Assembly (NCBI GenBank): GCA_964016885.1
Contig: OZ024750.1
Location: forward strand, 3,844,001 to 3,908,000
DNA from: Eledone cirrhosa
Lineage: Eukaryota
Direction: 5' to 3'
Length of the DNA: 64,000 bases
Shown here: positions 1 to 14,492 of the stretch, piece after piece
Numbering within the stretch: the first letter of the stretch is position 1
Layout: every line of letters starts with the position of its first letter
Made by a program: the position numbers and the translations under genes
Notes under the pieces: generated by a model
What the model saw: the letters and a program-made list of their open reading frames with translations, nothing else
Told to the model about the DNA's origin: nothing
Databases searched by the model: none

Positions 1-238
1 ACCGAGGTTAATCTTGCCTTTTATCCTTAAGGGGTCGATAAAATAAAGTACCAGTAATGTACTGGCGTAATTGCTGACCTTGTGCCAAAAGTAGAAACAT
101 TATGACCAGACAGAGGACTTCCTTCCAATATTAATTTATTGCGTCACTGATGGATTTTTACATCTGACGAATAGGTTTTAATGGAAAGATCAAATACAAA
201 ATATCGACCTTAAACTATCTTCTGTTTATTAATTTTAG

Positions 239-339
239 TTTTGACTGAACAAAACCCTCCAACAGCTGACGTTTTTGTTATAGTTTCAGTTACAGAAAAT
301 CCGTTGTCAATGATTTATGATGACTATCAGGTGTCCTGA
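239..339 (+). other. Possible terminal coding exon of a gene starting before the window
   Basis: Acceptor ttttag| followed by LTEQNPPTADVFVIVSVTENPLSMIYDDYQVS*; no recognised family. Confidence 0.2.
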
Positions 340-1653
340 TGTTAACTGTTATCATCATTCTACAGTATAGTTTAATAGAGACGAGTATTTTAACAATACT
401 GATGTTACTATTGATAATATTGGTGTTTTTGTTGCATATTGTGTTGTTTTTTTTATAATTAAGTATCGTATGTCAGTGAAAATACCGCTTGTTTCGTTAC
501 TGTCGCAATTAAATAGTATATCCAGTTCAGCAAATAAATAATTTAGTCTCATTTCCTGAATATTGGAGTTAAAGACGGGGTGAATTAAGAAGACGAGAGA
601 ATAAAGAAAAATACAGTTATTTGAGACCTGACAACCTCTAAAAACCCAAACTGGGAGTACCATGACAAAAAAGGCCCCCCAAACGGTGAAATGAGGCAAA
701 ATAGAGGGATTTTACATAATTGTTTCTACTTTTGGCACAAGGCCAGCAATTATCTCAGTGTATTACTGGTACTTTATTTTATCGACCCCGTAAGGATGAA
801 AGGCAAAGTTAACCTCGGCGGGATTTGAACTCAGATCATAAAGAGCCGTAACTCTTTGCTGCAAAGCATGGCGTCCGACCCTCTTCCGATACAGCCAATC
901 CACCGAGATTTTACATGATGTAAGCTATACCTATCTTCACAAGAGAAGACATCTCTCAACACACCAAAGTGAGTGGGAGATCTCCCCCCTCGGACGGAGA
1001 GAGTTGACAGGTCTGTTATTTTACACAGTAGCACTAGTCTTAAGTTTGACTGAATCACAATTCTGAATGAAGGAGTAAATCACACATGCCTCCTCTCTAC
1101 AACCCCAGGCGTTCAACTTCTGTAAGTGGTAACATCCCAATTCTGCCTGTTTGAAGGCTGACCAGAATATAAAGTATCACATAATTCTATAACCGGAAAC
1201 GTATTTAATAGACCTACGACATGCAACGGGTACAGTTTATTGCCACAATAACGCCCAGTACACATAATCCTACATATTATAACATCTCTCCACATCTAGA
1301 TGATATAATATGTAGGCGTGAGGATTTGAGAATGTTTGGGAACGTTGGGATGGAACAAACTTTTAGTAGATAAATTTTCTGCTAAAAACTTAAGGGCTGC
1401 CTCGAGTAGTACAAACTCTAGCTACGTTACTGGCTGGAACTTACTGCAATAAGAAATAATGGTTTCTGATTTAGGCACAAGGCCGATTGAAGAGTTGTGG
1501 GTTGGCAGAATTGGTAGAGCATCGGATAAAATGTCATTTGTAGTATTTAGTTATGGCCCTTTACATTCTGAGTTCAAATCCCATTGAAGTCAACCCTGGG
1601 AAGGATGAAAGGCAAGGTTGACTTTGGCGGGATTTAAACCCTGTTAGGACTTA

Positions 1654-2160
<507 letters not shown>

Positions 2161-2261
2161 ATATATATATATTTATTAAAATAACAGATTTGCTCTACGG
2201 TTCTTATATATTTATCCTTATCGAGCCCTCTTTGGATTTTAGTCTTCAAATTTATTATTAT

Positions 2262-2342
<81 letters not shown>

Positions 2343-2563
2343 TTTATATTAATTCTAGCTTTCTTATTTGACATTTAAATGATAACGGCAATATGAACAC
2401 TGTTCTTGGAGAGATTTGAACTCAGAACGTAAAGAGCTGGAATATACCAATCTTAATATAAAACACTATAGTTCGTAAAAGTGGAATAAGTGGTCGGTTA
2501 AGTTTATAAATAAAAGGAACCAAGTGAAGTTGACTGTTGTTAACTCCAGTGGGTTAAAACAAA

Positions 2564-3007
2564 ATGTCATTGCCCCATTTTTATGCTCCACCAGGCTGTA
2601 TGGATTCATATTACTGGATTGCTAATAGATTGAAACACCATGCACGTATGATCGAGAAAGAGAGCCGACGGGAACGTATTTTTTATCCTCCGTTAACTAA
2701 TTCCATAGCAAACGTGAGTTTTTTTTCACTGTCGGAGCCGATTTACGAACGAAAGGGACGAAACGTTCGTATTTCATGTAAAAACGTATTTGGTGTCTAT
2801 TTTAATCAATTAATTTGCATCGTGTAATTATTATTTTTAGCACAATAGGATTTTGTATACATGCTTTTTTGGAAAATTCTTTCAAAGAAGTCTGAAACAT
2901 AGCCTTTTGTACTTCTTATCATAATAAATTACTCTATTTTAAGCTGTTTTTTAAACTTCTCCGCCCATGTTTCTAATTTTTAAATTTGTTTTTGTAAAAA
3001 ACACTAT

Positions 3008-3049
<42 letters not shown>

Positions 3050-5489
3050 CTTTTTTTGTGTTCAATCATAAATATTATTTTTCATCAGGATGGAAAATCG
3101 TTCGAAGAATTCGATGCGACTGAAGCAGTTGAGATTATTATTAGTGTGAGTACGAAATGGATTGTAAATATTTCTTTACAAAAGCTATCTTTATATTTTG
3201 TTAATGTTGTCTTGTCTTTAACACTAAACTGCAATCATGCAATGATCCATGACCTTGACTGGTCACGCTTGGGGATCCAACCGGATCAGTTGGAGACGAT
3301 TGCTTCTGACAGGATACACTTGAAGGAGAGTTTGAGGACTCTGCCCTCACGACCTTGTCAGGAATAGACATCAGTTTTATTAAAACCTTTTGATACCAAC
3401 CCGCCTTAATTACACGATGACAAACATCTTGTTTTAAAGTATTAATATTTAAATTTAAAATGTTTTAGAATAATATTTTTGTTTAGCTATCTACTTCAGC
3501 TTAATGTGGCTAGTTGTTTTACTAAAACCCTTAAAATTGATTACTTACAAAAATATGGAAATGAAAGGGTTGAATATAATTAGACAAACTTCAATTTTCC
3601 CAGGCAATTGACCAAGTAATCGGTGAACAGAACGACTACATCAAAGAACTCGCACAGAAATGGTCTGATAGGATAATTAATGTGTCTTTACAACGTCTTC
3701 GACATTGGCGAAGTTTCCGATACCAAGGTCAGTTCAACTTGAACATTTATAACTTCACTGGGATATAAGATATATAATTTGTCATCGTTTATTTATTTTC
3801 TCGTTGCTTTATTTGATCCTAGATTTATTTTAAAATTAAGTAGCGAGGAAGGTTGGAGCACGAAGCTAGCAACCGTCTTACCTCCAATTATCAAAATTGC
3901 TACAGAAACAATAACAGTCACTCTATACCCCACACAGAGCAACATGATTTAAAGAACCTTCGTCTTTTAACGCCATTCAATATATTTTTAAGTAGTGTGA
4001 CGAAAGCTGTGAAATGTTTAAAACAAAACAAAACGTGTCTCTTTGAGGTGGGGGAACCAATTAAAAGATATCACAAGAAATATTTTATTAATGTTATATA
4101 CTTTAATATACAGGTGTATGTACCATTTCTCAAAGGACACCAAACCAATATGTCGCCACAACCTTTTCTGGAGATCCAGCCTCAAGAGGTATTGTTATTC
4201 TTTGTGCTTTGATATTGTATGTATGGACCCGTAACTCCTGATGGAGAGGCGGACGGGGGTCGTCTTGAGCACGTCAAAGCTGATAGTCCATCTTTTTCCA
4301 GGTCTAAACACAGCCGATTTCTTCCAGAAATGGAGAATGTGAGTTGAAGTAATATAGAGTAAGAATCGACATAAATACTAGACTGGTACATTTAATTAGC
4401 GACCTCGAAAGGATGGAAACCAAAGTTGACCATGGAAGGATTTGAACTCAGAGACTGGAGATTTGAAAAAGCATTCTATCCGATATTTTAACGACTCTGC
4501 CTTCGTCGCTTCTGCATTTTATGTTAGAACAATAATTATCTGAATACTTGACGTAAATACTCTCATTGTAACATTGATTTGGTAGAATCCGTTAGAGCGT
4601 CGACCAAAAGGCAGATAAGTTACGTTACGTTTCAAATTCAAATTTCACCGAAATAACTTTGCTTTTCACTTTTCTAGAGTGGATAGAATAAAGTACCAGT
4701 GATTGAGTCGGAGGGGAACCGTAGTGACATACAGTATTTCTAGGGCATTCTAAACCGGTCGGAGCTAATCCCCCTCTTGTCGGAACAATCGATTTCTTCC
4801 AGAGAAGGAGAGTGATAGATGAAGTGAGAAAGCAAAAAAGACCCCAGCGCTTGACTGGTACATTTGTTTTTATCAAACTCGAAAAGATTGAACTCAGAGC
4901 CTGAGCAAATACAAGCAAAGAATTCTATCTGACATTCTAACGACTCAGCTAGTTCGCTGCCCTACCAGTAGATTCTACGTTGTTTTAATCGATGGTATAG
5001 ATTGTTTAAAAAAATCATTTCTAGCATTTTACTGGAGGTGGTTCCTGGCGGGTTGGTGTGAAAAGGGTTAACTAAACAATAAAAATAGTAGAAAGTTGAT
5101 AAATATTGATATTGTTTTTAAAATGGAATGATGGAAGATTATATATTTTCCACAAGGCTATCAAAGTTGTTTCCCTTTATAAGTGCACATTTATTTCATT
5201 AAGATACTTAAATATTTCTTACTGGAAAGTAAAATAATTAAAAAAAATAGTTAATCAATGTAAAAATCATTAAAATCTAATAAAAAAAAAATAAATAAAA
5301 CATTAAAACAGCTAAAATTGAATTTTATCGTCTATTTTTATTTTGAATTCATCTTAATGACATAATGAAAATTTTTTCTCTATAAAACGGGTAATTAATA
5401 TTTGTTTTATTTTAGGTGAATGTTCCCTCAGGTGGCACAATGGAAATATTTCTGTTTTGGTATTGGTACGAGGATACAACAATTTCTAA
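2564..5489 (+). CDS. Divergent Tctex-1/DYNLT-family dynein light chain, 5 coding exons, 159 aa
   Basis: Phase-compatible GT-AG exons 2564-2713, 3089-3145, 3604-3727, 4114-4188, 5416-5489. They give MSLPHF...SIAN|DGKSFEEFDATEAVEIIIS|AIDQVIGEQNDYIKELAQKWSDRIINVSLQRLRHWRSFRYQG|VCTISQRTPNQYVATTFSGDPASRG|ECSLRWHNGNISVLVLVRGYNNF*. By eye this aligns with DYNLT1 as I recall it (AIESAIGG..Y..W...FKY.V.C.I.Q...D...G.C..RW.N). Confidence 0.8.
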
Positions 5490-5811
5490 GATGTACATGA
5501 GCGAAAACCTTGCTTCATTTATAGAAATCTTCTTTCAGTTATTTCCCTTATTACTTAATATAATTATTTTGTTAAACTTTGCCTTTCATCCTTACGGGGT
5601 CGATAAAATAAAGTACCAGTAATGCACTGGGTAATTGCTGGCCTTGTGCCTAAAGTAGAAACAATTATTTTGTTAAACGCTGTTGACTGGCAGTATCGGT
5701 AGAGCGCCGTTACAACATGCTGTGCAGTACAGTTACATCCCTTTATATTCTGAATTCAAATCCGCCGAGGTTAGCTTGGCTTAAGTTTTTCAGCTTAGCC
5801 TGTCTTCTGAG

Positions 5812-5868
<57 letters not shown>

Positions 5869-6629
5869 ATTTTTGTATATATTACTTGGATATATACAGA
5901 AAATACAAAAAAAAAAAAAAACACTTTTTTTTATTTTTTTTTACTTTGATTTAATCGGTTTCAGAAACGGTTTATTGATTTTAATATTTATACAATATAA
6001 TACCATATAGCTTCTACAGTTAGCATTGGTTTGCTTGCTTAAATAACATTATTTAATAGTTCAATATATTCAGGAAATAATGCCCACTTCAGTTAGATAT
6101 GTGGCGTAAATTTAAGAATATTTTACAATGTTAAACAGGAGTGGTAATTCACTTGTTTACTCAAAGGAAATATCACTTTACAGTACATTTCTAACAATCA
6201 ACCGTAAATAAAATATTTTGCAGTGTAAATTCCGAAATCAAAGTAATGCAATGACATTAATTTTTGTGGAATTTCAAAATCACGTTCAACTGATTTTTCA
6301 GTTATTAATTTAAGGGTCTTAAACTATTCTTGTAAATGTAATTTAGGTTATATTTGTGATGGCTATCCCTGCCATAGCATTTGATCGGCGAAGTTCAGTA
6401 ACTTTTACTGAAAAAAAAAAAAATTTTCGTATTGCTATTTGCATCAAATCGTGTTCATTTGTTTATGTAGATTAATAGGCTATTGGTGTCCTACTCCTTT
6501 TAAAATAATTTTCTCCAGGCATGGATGTATGCTGTGAATACATATAGTATGATTGAAAGTAGGGTGAGAAGAGGAAATATGTGACGTCCGAACGAGTATC
6601 CCCCACTTCCAACTAACTTTCCATCTGCC

Positions 6630-6875
6630 TGTGGGTCCTGGCCGACAGGATGGAGAATACATTGCCCTGGAGATGTGTTGAAACTGCTGCTCCACCTCGC
6701 ACCTCTGGGCAGTCAACTCCGCTCCAATAGCAGTGAGGAGGGATGTGGATCTATGGATCAGCAATGCTGGATATCTCCACTGCTACAGGTTCTACCACAA
6801 ACCTATCGGAGAGTTCGATACTGAGATAGTTTGTACTCTTTGGCCTGGCGGACAGCAGAGCCTGGGCTGAAGGTC
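6630..6875 (-). mobile_element. Degraded CRE-clade 3' fragment
   Basis: Reverse complement matches the 49300 and 41700 copies (ctctccgataggtttgtggtagaacctgtagcagtggagat...STSLLTAIGAEL). Confidence 0.6.
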
Positions 6876-8194
6876 ACTAGAGATGGTGTTACATTAGAAC
6901 CAGATTAGTTCTAATCCTTCATGGTTAAGTCATTTCAACTGTGATCATCTCTTTGTCAGGTACAGTGTATCTAGGACTACATTATGAATGTCTTTCGTTT
7001 TTTTTTTTTTTTTTTTGTTAAGGTAGGGTGTAGCTATTTCTAGTACATCGGGTAACCTCATAGTGACTTATCATTAGCTCAGTATTAAATGCTAGTAAAT
7101 ACTATATTGATTCTGTAAAGGTGCATGGTTTAGTGGTTAAGATGTTTGGTTTGTGATCATAAGGTCATGAGTTTGATTCCTGGTGGTATGTTGTCCTTGA
7201 GCAAGACACTTAATTTTACATTGCTACAGTTCATTTGGCTGGAAATTGTCGGAAAGTTGTATCTGTAAATCAAAGGGCCAGCCTTGTCACATAGTGATGC
7301 TGAATCTCCCTGAGAATTACCTACCTTAAAGGTACATGTCTTTGGAATGCTCAGCCACTTGCATGTTCATTTCATGAGCAAGCTGTCTCATCAATCAACT
7401 GGAACACTTGTCGTAAGAATTGAGAAAAGTCCAAGATGCAGACCCAGTCTATACTGGACAATTGCATTTTACACTGGCTTGATGGGGCACCACTAAAATC
7501 TTCTGAGATACCAGTATTGTGTGCAAGTTGATTGTAGCTTCTCCCTTTCCAATGTATTTTCATAAAAGTTGAATTCTGCACTGCAAGTTAATGAAACAAT
7601 TTTACAGAAGCACTGTGGAACCACTTGAGAGGAGACAAATGGATGTGTGCTATGTTCCAGAGGAGAGATGAAGGGGGAGGAGCCTTAGTCAGACTCTGCA
7701 TAGGAAAATAGCTTTTAATGGTATGAAATGATGATAGGGTAGTGGAAGTTCTACAGTATATACTGGGAGTTATTTAGTCTTTTGTGGTATCAGCACTACC
7801 AGTTTACAGCATGTCTTTTCTTCTTCTCACTCTTGCTCAACAAGGCCGTGATTCCAAAGCCTCTTCATGTGTAGAGCTGACCAGGTCAACCAGTGCTGGT
7901 GGTCTCCTGCAAGCTCCTCTGCATCTTTCAAGGAGATACAGCATGTACTGGGAGCATTTTTCATGGCACCAGCTCTCCCACTTAACATGGTGGACTAGGT
8001 GCTTATTCTATTATGGCACTATTACAACCACCTTGCAGGGTTGTACAATAGAGTATTTGATACACAAGAAAAGCAGGACAGTTATGAGTGGAACACTTTT
8101 GATCATACATCTACTCTATCAAGATTGATCCTGAGGGATACACTGTAATAAAAATAAGTCATGTAGTCGTATAGTTCTATCGTGCAGAAATCTA

Positions 8195-8330
8195 CCTGAT
8201 GTTAGATGCTGAAACATGGAACAAACTACCTGCATCAGTTGTTAGCTGTGGGGTCACAGCATCCTTCAAAACTTGCATTCTTCCTGAAATTCGCCAATGC
8301 TACACCTGATATTCCCCCTCCATACACAAG
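8195..8330 (+). mobile_element. CR1/L2-type LINE 3' end
   Basis: ETWNKLPASVVSC..TASFK matches the WNxLP C-terminal motif. Confidence 0.55.
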
Positions 8331-9879
8331 CATGCATGTGTATATATCATGACTCATTCACTTTCTGGCAGACAGAATGAAGATTGAGTCTTCAATAGTA
8401 ATTCTATGACCTCTAGTAAATATATATATATAATTTGTCTATTCCACCTCCACTCCTACAGACTTGTTGTATCATCCAATTTTACAATCCCTTTTTAATG
8501 TAGCTTAGTGTCATTTGGAGAAGATATGGTTGAGTGACTATCATAGCTACTAGTTTGCATGCAAGATATCATCCTATTACTGCAAGTAAATAAAACTATT
8601 AAGCTTGTAATTATACCAATTGTAAGGTGGCAAATTGGCAGTTGTTAAAATGTCTAATAGAATGCTTGGTGGTATTTCTTTCAGCTGTGTGTTTTATGAG
8701 TTCAAATACTGCCTTACATCCTTTTGAGGTTGATAAAAAAAAAAAATATGTACCAGTCTGATACTGGGGTTGATTCTTTCTCTGGAAGAAATCAGTTGTG
8801 TTCAGACCTGGAGAGTGGGATGGGCTCCACCAGGTTTAAAGTGTCCAAGACCTGTATGTCACAGCAGTGCCACTATGACTCCATATATACTATCATACCC
8901 GTTTAATGGCCTTACTGTGTGCTCAATGCAAATGTAGTGTCTCAGGTAGGCTGACAGAAGGATTTCATATTCAATAGATGCACAAGAGCAGTAGCATGTA
9001 AATTAAAGTAAGTTAATTTTATTATAACTTATAAATGATCAAACTTTTACTTTGTGTATTAACTATGGAATCAAATATGAGTCCATCTTAATTCAGACAT
9101 AGAAAATGTTAAACTACCAAATGTATCCCATTTAAGTTTCTACTTTTATAAAGAGACAGAAAAATGCAATTGGGGCATTCATTGTTCTAGAATTTTCATA
9201 AACATTATATTAGTAATTATTTTGGTGGGTGTAGATTAATTAAATTAGAAATTAAAACATTAATTATGCTTTTTACTTACACAGACTAGGCTATATTCTT
9301 TTCTTTTTGTTCCAGTTATTATGACTCACTGGTAGATGCTTTACAAGTAACACATTAGAAAGTTTTGATGACTAGTAAAAGCAATTGAGATGCAACGATG
9401 TCATAAGGTTTCCATTGTATAGTCTAAACTATTCATAAGAGTATTAACAATTGGCTTTCAATCTTTAACACTTGTAAAAATAGGCCAGTATAAAATGGTA
9501 TGATAAGCTATCTGGTAATCTGGATTTTTCTTGTTTTTCTTCTATTTGCTAATTTAAAATGGCTTTGTGAAGGAAGCAAGCTGGCAGAATCATTAGAATG
9601 TCAGATAGAATGAATGCATTGTAGTATTAGTTCCACCTGCACACTGAACTAAAATATTGCCTTTCATCCTTTTAAGGTTGACAAAATAAAAAAAATGCAT
9701 CCAGCATACCGTGTTTGGTGTTGGGAAAGGCTTGCAACTGTATAAACCATGTCAAATATGGAACATATGAAGTCACTCCAAGCATGACAACCCATCCTAT
9801 CATATTGGCTTGGAAAGCAGATGTTAAAATAGTGTCTACACAAAGGTTCCAATGAAACAAAAAAAATAGTTATATTTCC

Positions 9880-10145
9880 TTTAAATTTATCTTAAATCTA
9901 ATATATGCTGTGTTCTGCATGAATATTTATTAAATTGTGGCCAAATGAATGTATATTAAACTGGCAATGTCTGGTAATTTCCTCCTGTTTGGCATAGGTA
10001 GAATTATAGAGGTAGTCATTTTGTGATGAAGAGACAATAATCTCTGAAACGCGTAATGGTAGAAAATAATAGAAAGTGTTTACATTTTATTCTTTTTAAA
10101 GTGAGTCTTCCAATTAATAAACTGTTTCACAGCTACATTAGATAT
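9880..10145 (+). mobile_element. Probable Penelope-like 3' end/pLTR with a degenerate hammerhead
   Basis: gTGATGA-AGAGA caataa TCTCT-GAAA-CGCG-TA at 10023-10055. Confidence 0.45.
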
Positions 10146-10989
10146 ATCTTAAATAATAATAATGAAATTATTGTGTACAGTGCTCAGGTGCACTACAACT
10201 CATCAAAGGTGCATGTATAGTACATAGAATGTACAAATGTCAGGAAAATGCCATGTTCTGCACAAATATTCACTTTTTAACCATGAAATGTGTTTGATTG
10301 GTTTATCAAGGTTTGATATTTTATCTAGTAGGTTGAAATAGTAATTTATAAGAGTAATGACATTATTGTTGTCAGACAAAGCTGATAAACTACGGACCAC
10401 AAGGTCATTGGCAGGGTCAAGGGTTACAGTGCAAAGAACATAACACTTTGGCCCCAAGCTAAGCTCTGACAGAAGAGAATGTGACCAAAGGTTTTGGCCA
10501 TTCCAGCTTATTTTCAAATAGTCTACCTGGACTACATTCTCTAAACCTATGTTTAACCCTTTAACATTTAAACTGGCCGTATCCGGCCAGAATTCAAACT
10601 GGCCACACATACTGATATGGTATTAATCTCATAGTCAATATTTTGTGAGATAAAGCCTTTACCACAAAAATACAATAGTGTATATATAGAGCCGTGTAGG
10701 TAACACGGTAAAAAGTTCCCAGTTGCATACTGTAAATGTGGTTGGTGTTAGGAAGGGCATCCAGCCGTAGAAAACCTGCCAGATAGTCCTATATGAGCGA
10801 GACATGGTCACCCGACCAACCTTGCCTCAAGTTGGACAACTCCCGTCTAACCCATGCTAGCGTGGAAAATGGACGTTAAACGAAGATGATGATGATGATG
10901 ATGATGAGAGTAATGTAAATATTATGAGGTAAAACCTTTACCACAAAAATACAATAGTATATACAGCTAGAGGTGTTTAGAATTATAAG

Positions 10990-11620
10990 GCAGTTAGAGA
11001 GAGGTGAGGTGACAGGATGAAGTGGGAGAAGTTATTGTAGACTTGGATGGAATTAAGGAAAGGTGGAAAAAGATACCTGGAGAACTTGTTGGATGTGGAG
11101 AAGGAATGGGGGTGCAACATGAGTAATCCAATCTCAGGTGGCCAAGTGCAGGAAGGGTGTTTGAGTGAACAGTGTTAAATGTGTAATATACATTAAGTAG
11201 GTATATTGAAAATGTAGTGGTGTGAAGGGTTCATTGAATATTGTAGCAGGATATTGAATGAAGCGGGTGGATCAGACTCTTAGTATCCTGAGTAGTGTGC
11301 TAATGCAAAGGAGTGTCACTAAAACTGAAAGAAATGGTGTCAGCCGCATGTGTGAGAAGTGCCGTGATTTATGTAGAGCTGGAAAGAACGGAACAGAGAA
11401 TGGGCTGATGGATGAGTGGGGTACCTCTTAGAGAGATGAAAACAATGAATTGCAGAGAATGATGTGAAGAGAAACAGAATGAGATGGTTGAGTCATGTGT
11501 AGAGGGAGGTAAAAAAAAAGACGTAGTTAATGATAAAGGAAGAGGAAAGGAAAGCCAGAGGGGTTGGTGAAGGGTATACAGACGATAAGGAAAAATAGTC
11601 TTGCTGGCCCCATGGCAGAC
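10990..11620 (+). mobile_element. Degraded RTE-clade LINE fragments
   Basis: Frameshifted remnants ERWK..LENLLDVEKEW, LERTE.RM..WMSGV and RW.SHV.R, typical of the RTE ORF. Confidence 0.5.
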
Positions 11621-13619
11621 TACTCTAACACTTGCTTTAGCAAGGTAGTCTTAAAACGTTTGTTGTGTATCTTGACTACATTATCTAATGTCTTTTTTTC
11701 TTCTTTTGATGCCACCATAAAACGCACCCAGTACACTCCGTAAAGTGATTGGTGATAGGAAGGGTATCCTGCTGTAGAATACTTGCCAAACAAAGGGCCA
11801 TGAGGACTCTGCAGTTGTGTCAAAGACATGACAACCTCCTCAGTGTTAGTGCCATGACAAAACTCTCCTAGAATACTAAAGTATGGGAACATACGTAAGC
11901 AAGATATAGGCCGACTCTTTGGTTCGTTTGAGAGGTCAGTGGTTCCGGTTTAACATTGGCATGATCTGTGACGACCTATCCAACCCTTGCTAGCAGGGAA
12001 AACAGAAAACAGATTTAGATAGTGATAATCTTAAAACGTAATTTAAGACCATTTGGCTGCTATTTCTAGAAGTTAGAACAACCACGTAGAGGCTTGGGTG
12101 TAACTGATCTTCTCTGAGGAAAAACCCACCTGGAACATTAGATTTTTCACGATTGCATTGTAACCTACCAAGATATTTCACAAATGTAGCCTACTATTCA
12201 TTTCACTTTCTGAAAATAAATCCTATCATTTTGATCAACAGATTTATAGAGAATTTTAAATGATTCGTGTCGCAGTCAGGTTCTTTTTTTTTGTTTTTTA
12301 AACGATTGTTATATTAACCTCCTAGTTATTTCCTGTTCGGTGTTGTTTTACAACTTTAGGATGAAACAATGTAGAGTTTGGTTTTCATAAAAATTTATAT
12401 AAAATTCAAATAAAAACTGAAATGTCACTTTGAATAATTTATTAAGCCAAGTAGAGGGATTTCGTCAATTTTCTCCCTTCCAGTTATTAATGAATACCTT
12501 TTATTTCACAAGAAATAGAAATGGTATAGAAAGGGATTGGTCAGTCTTAAAGATCATTCAAAAGTAACTAATATCAGCTCTTCCATTAATTTGGATCAGT
12601 TATAGTAACTGAAATTCTTATCAAACTCGAATCTCTCTCTTAATTATAGTAAGGCACTAGTCATGAGAACTTTGTGATTTTTTTTTTTTTATTGGTATAA
12701 AAAAAAAACAACTTTTAAAGCTTTGTAAATGAAAAAATCCCAAAGTTATACAATTTCGTTGATTCTAAAACTTCAACAAAATACAAGAATTTGTTCTTTT
12801 TTTTCTTCTTTTTCTTTCCCCCAAGAACTTTTCGAGAGGTTAAAAATAAAATAAATATAATAGAAGGCGTTGATTCTAATCATATTTACAAATCTTAGTC
12901 ATAAAGACGATCACAGAATAAACAAGACAAAGACAGACAAAAAAAAAATTAATAATGAAACAAAACAAGAATTAAAAACTAATTAGGACTTGTGAAAGAA
13001 AATATGAAATTATTTTACTGTCTTTTTTGTGTGTATTTCGTCCTTCAATAGAAATAGACAGGAAGACCTGAGTATAAAACCAATTCTAATAGTGACAGGT
13101 AATGCCACCCAGCAGTTAAATGGTTCTCTACCGACTTCGTGTCACATTAAGTCATGGAATTAACCAAAGATTTTAAATGAGAATCATTTTGGTAAAAGAA
13201 CTTCGAACTTCGAACGACAGTTTTTTTTGTTTTTTTAATAATATATTTGAATTCTGATTAGCAGTTGAAAAGGAAATGAGAAGAGAGAAAAATGTTAGTT
13301 TTATGTAATATGATTGAATGTAGCAGTGAAGAATTTACTAACCAGAAATTTGAAAAATGGTCAACACCTTCGTTTTAAGTCGAAATCCATTTATATTAAG
13401 GGTCGACTTAAATTCCAGAAAGGTCTGTGTGAGTTTAATGTGAAGGGAAGGGAAAATATAAAAAAAAGGGTAATAAAAATATTTTTCTTTCATAATTAAA
13501 TTTTAAGGCAATTCATGATTTGATTTAGAAGATTTTGGCTTCTTTCTTCCTTTTTTTTTTTTTTTAATGTTTATTGAACATAGTAGTAATTATGTACTTC
13601 CGTCAAAATTTGAATTGTT

Positions 13620-14492
13620 TTATAGACTGTATACTTCGTTAGAATAAAAGCTTGGAGTGGTGAGAGGATAAAGAAGAATCAACCAAGCAGAAAGTCCAGC
13701 AATAAAGAAGAAAATGATTTTGGTTCGTCCAGGTTGTTGATGTGCCATTACTTCGTTGAAAGGTGGAAAACCCATGTGATTGCAAAATGCGTGTGCAATG
13801 ACTGGCGCCACTAAATGACCAGTTCGTAGAAAGAGGAATGCTGAGTAGGCTCCAAATATAGTGGTATAGAATAATTGGAAAATAGATTGCTTCAGGGCAT
13901 CTTTAAACGCTTGGTGTCCGAATATAACTGTTTCGATCATGTGGTGAAAGTGTGCAACTCCGAAGAAGAGAGGACAACAGAAAACAGCATACCATTCGCC
14001 AAAAGACGGAACCAGAACCGGCAACATACATGCCCGGAATATGAATTCTTCGGAAAACGGAGCCACTAAATGGTTTCGGAGCCAGATTAGTGATTTAAAA
14101 CTACTTGACCAGTATTTCGGTTCCAAATACAAACTAAATACACCGTCAATATAATGTAAATAAAGTGGACCGGAAAATAAGACCATAGTAAGCAGAAGGG
14201 GGAAGACAAGTGCTGGTATGAATCCCCAAAAACGTAGCCCTAGCCATTCAAATAAAGTGCGGCCATCAGGATTGGTGAAAGTTTGGTATTTGCTGAAACA
14301 CCACAATAGAGGTGGTACAAGTAATGCAACTATACCGACACTGACAAATCTTCGTTTGATTATTTCGGGATGATCTCGAGTTCTATTGGTATTATTAATC
14401 CAAGCGTAAAGACTGCCGACATAAATAACAGCAAAAAGTAAGCAAAGTAAAACAGCTTGCCAGGCGTGTAGAGCAAAGATGACAGGCTCCAT
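13620..14492 (-). CDS. RCE1: CAAX prenyl protease 2 (Ras-converting enzyme 1), 290 aa, single-exon CDS
   Basis: Uninterrupted multi-TM ORF with the CPBP/Rce1 motifs APFSEEFIFR (EExxxR), FFGVAHFHH and HAFCNHMG, plus the N-terminal RDHPEIIKRR motif. Confidence 0.96.
   Translation of the reverse strand: MEPVIFALHAWQAVLLCLLFAVIYVGSLYAWINNTNRTRDHPEIIKRRFVSVGIVALLVPPLLWCFSKYQTFTNPDGRTLFEWLGLRFWGFIPALVFPLLLTMVLFSGPLYLHYIDGVFSLYLEPKYWSSSFKSLIWLRNHLVAPFSEEFIFRACMLPVLVPSFGEWYAVFCCPLFFGVAHFHHMIETVIFGHQAFKDALKQSIFQLFYTTIFGAYSAFLFLRTGHLVAPVIAHAFCNHMGFPPFNEVMAHQQPGRTKIIFFFIAGLSAWLILLYPLTTPSFYSNEVYSL

Noticed and set aside
160-195. CTGACGA...GAAA hammerhead-like core
   Set aside because: No pairable stem II or stem III.
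13875-14069. Plus-strand ORF inside RCE1
   Set aside because: Antisense shadow of the RCE1 CDS.
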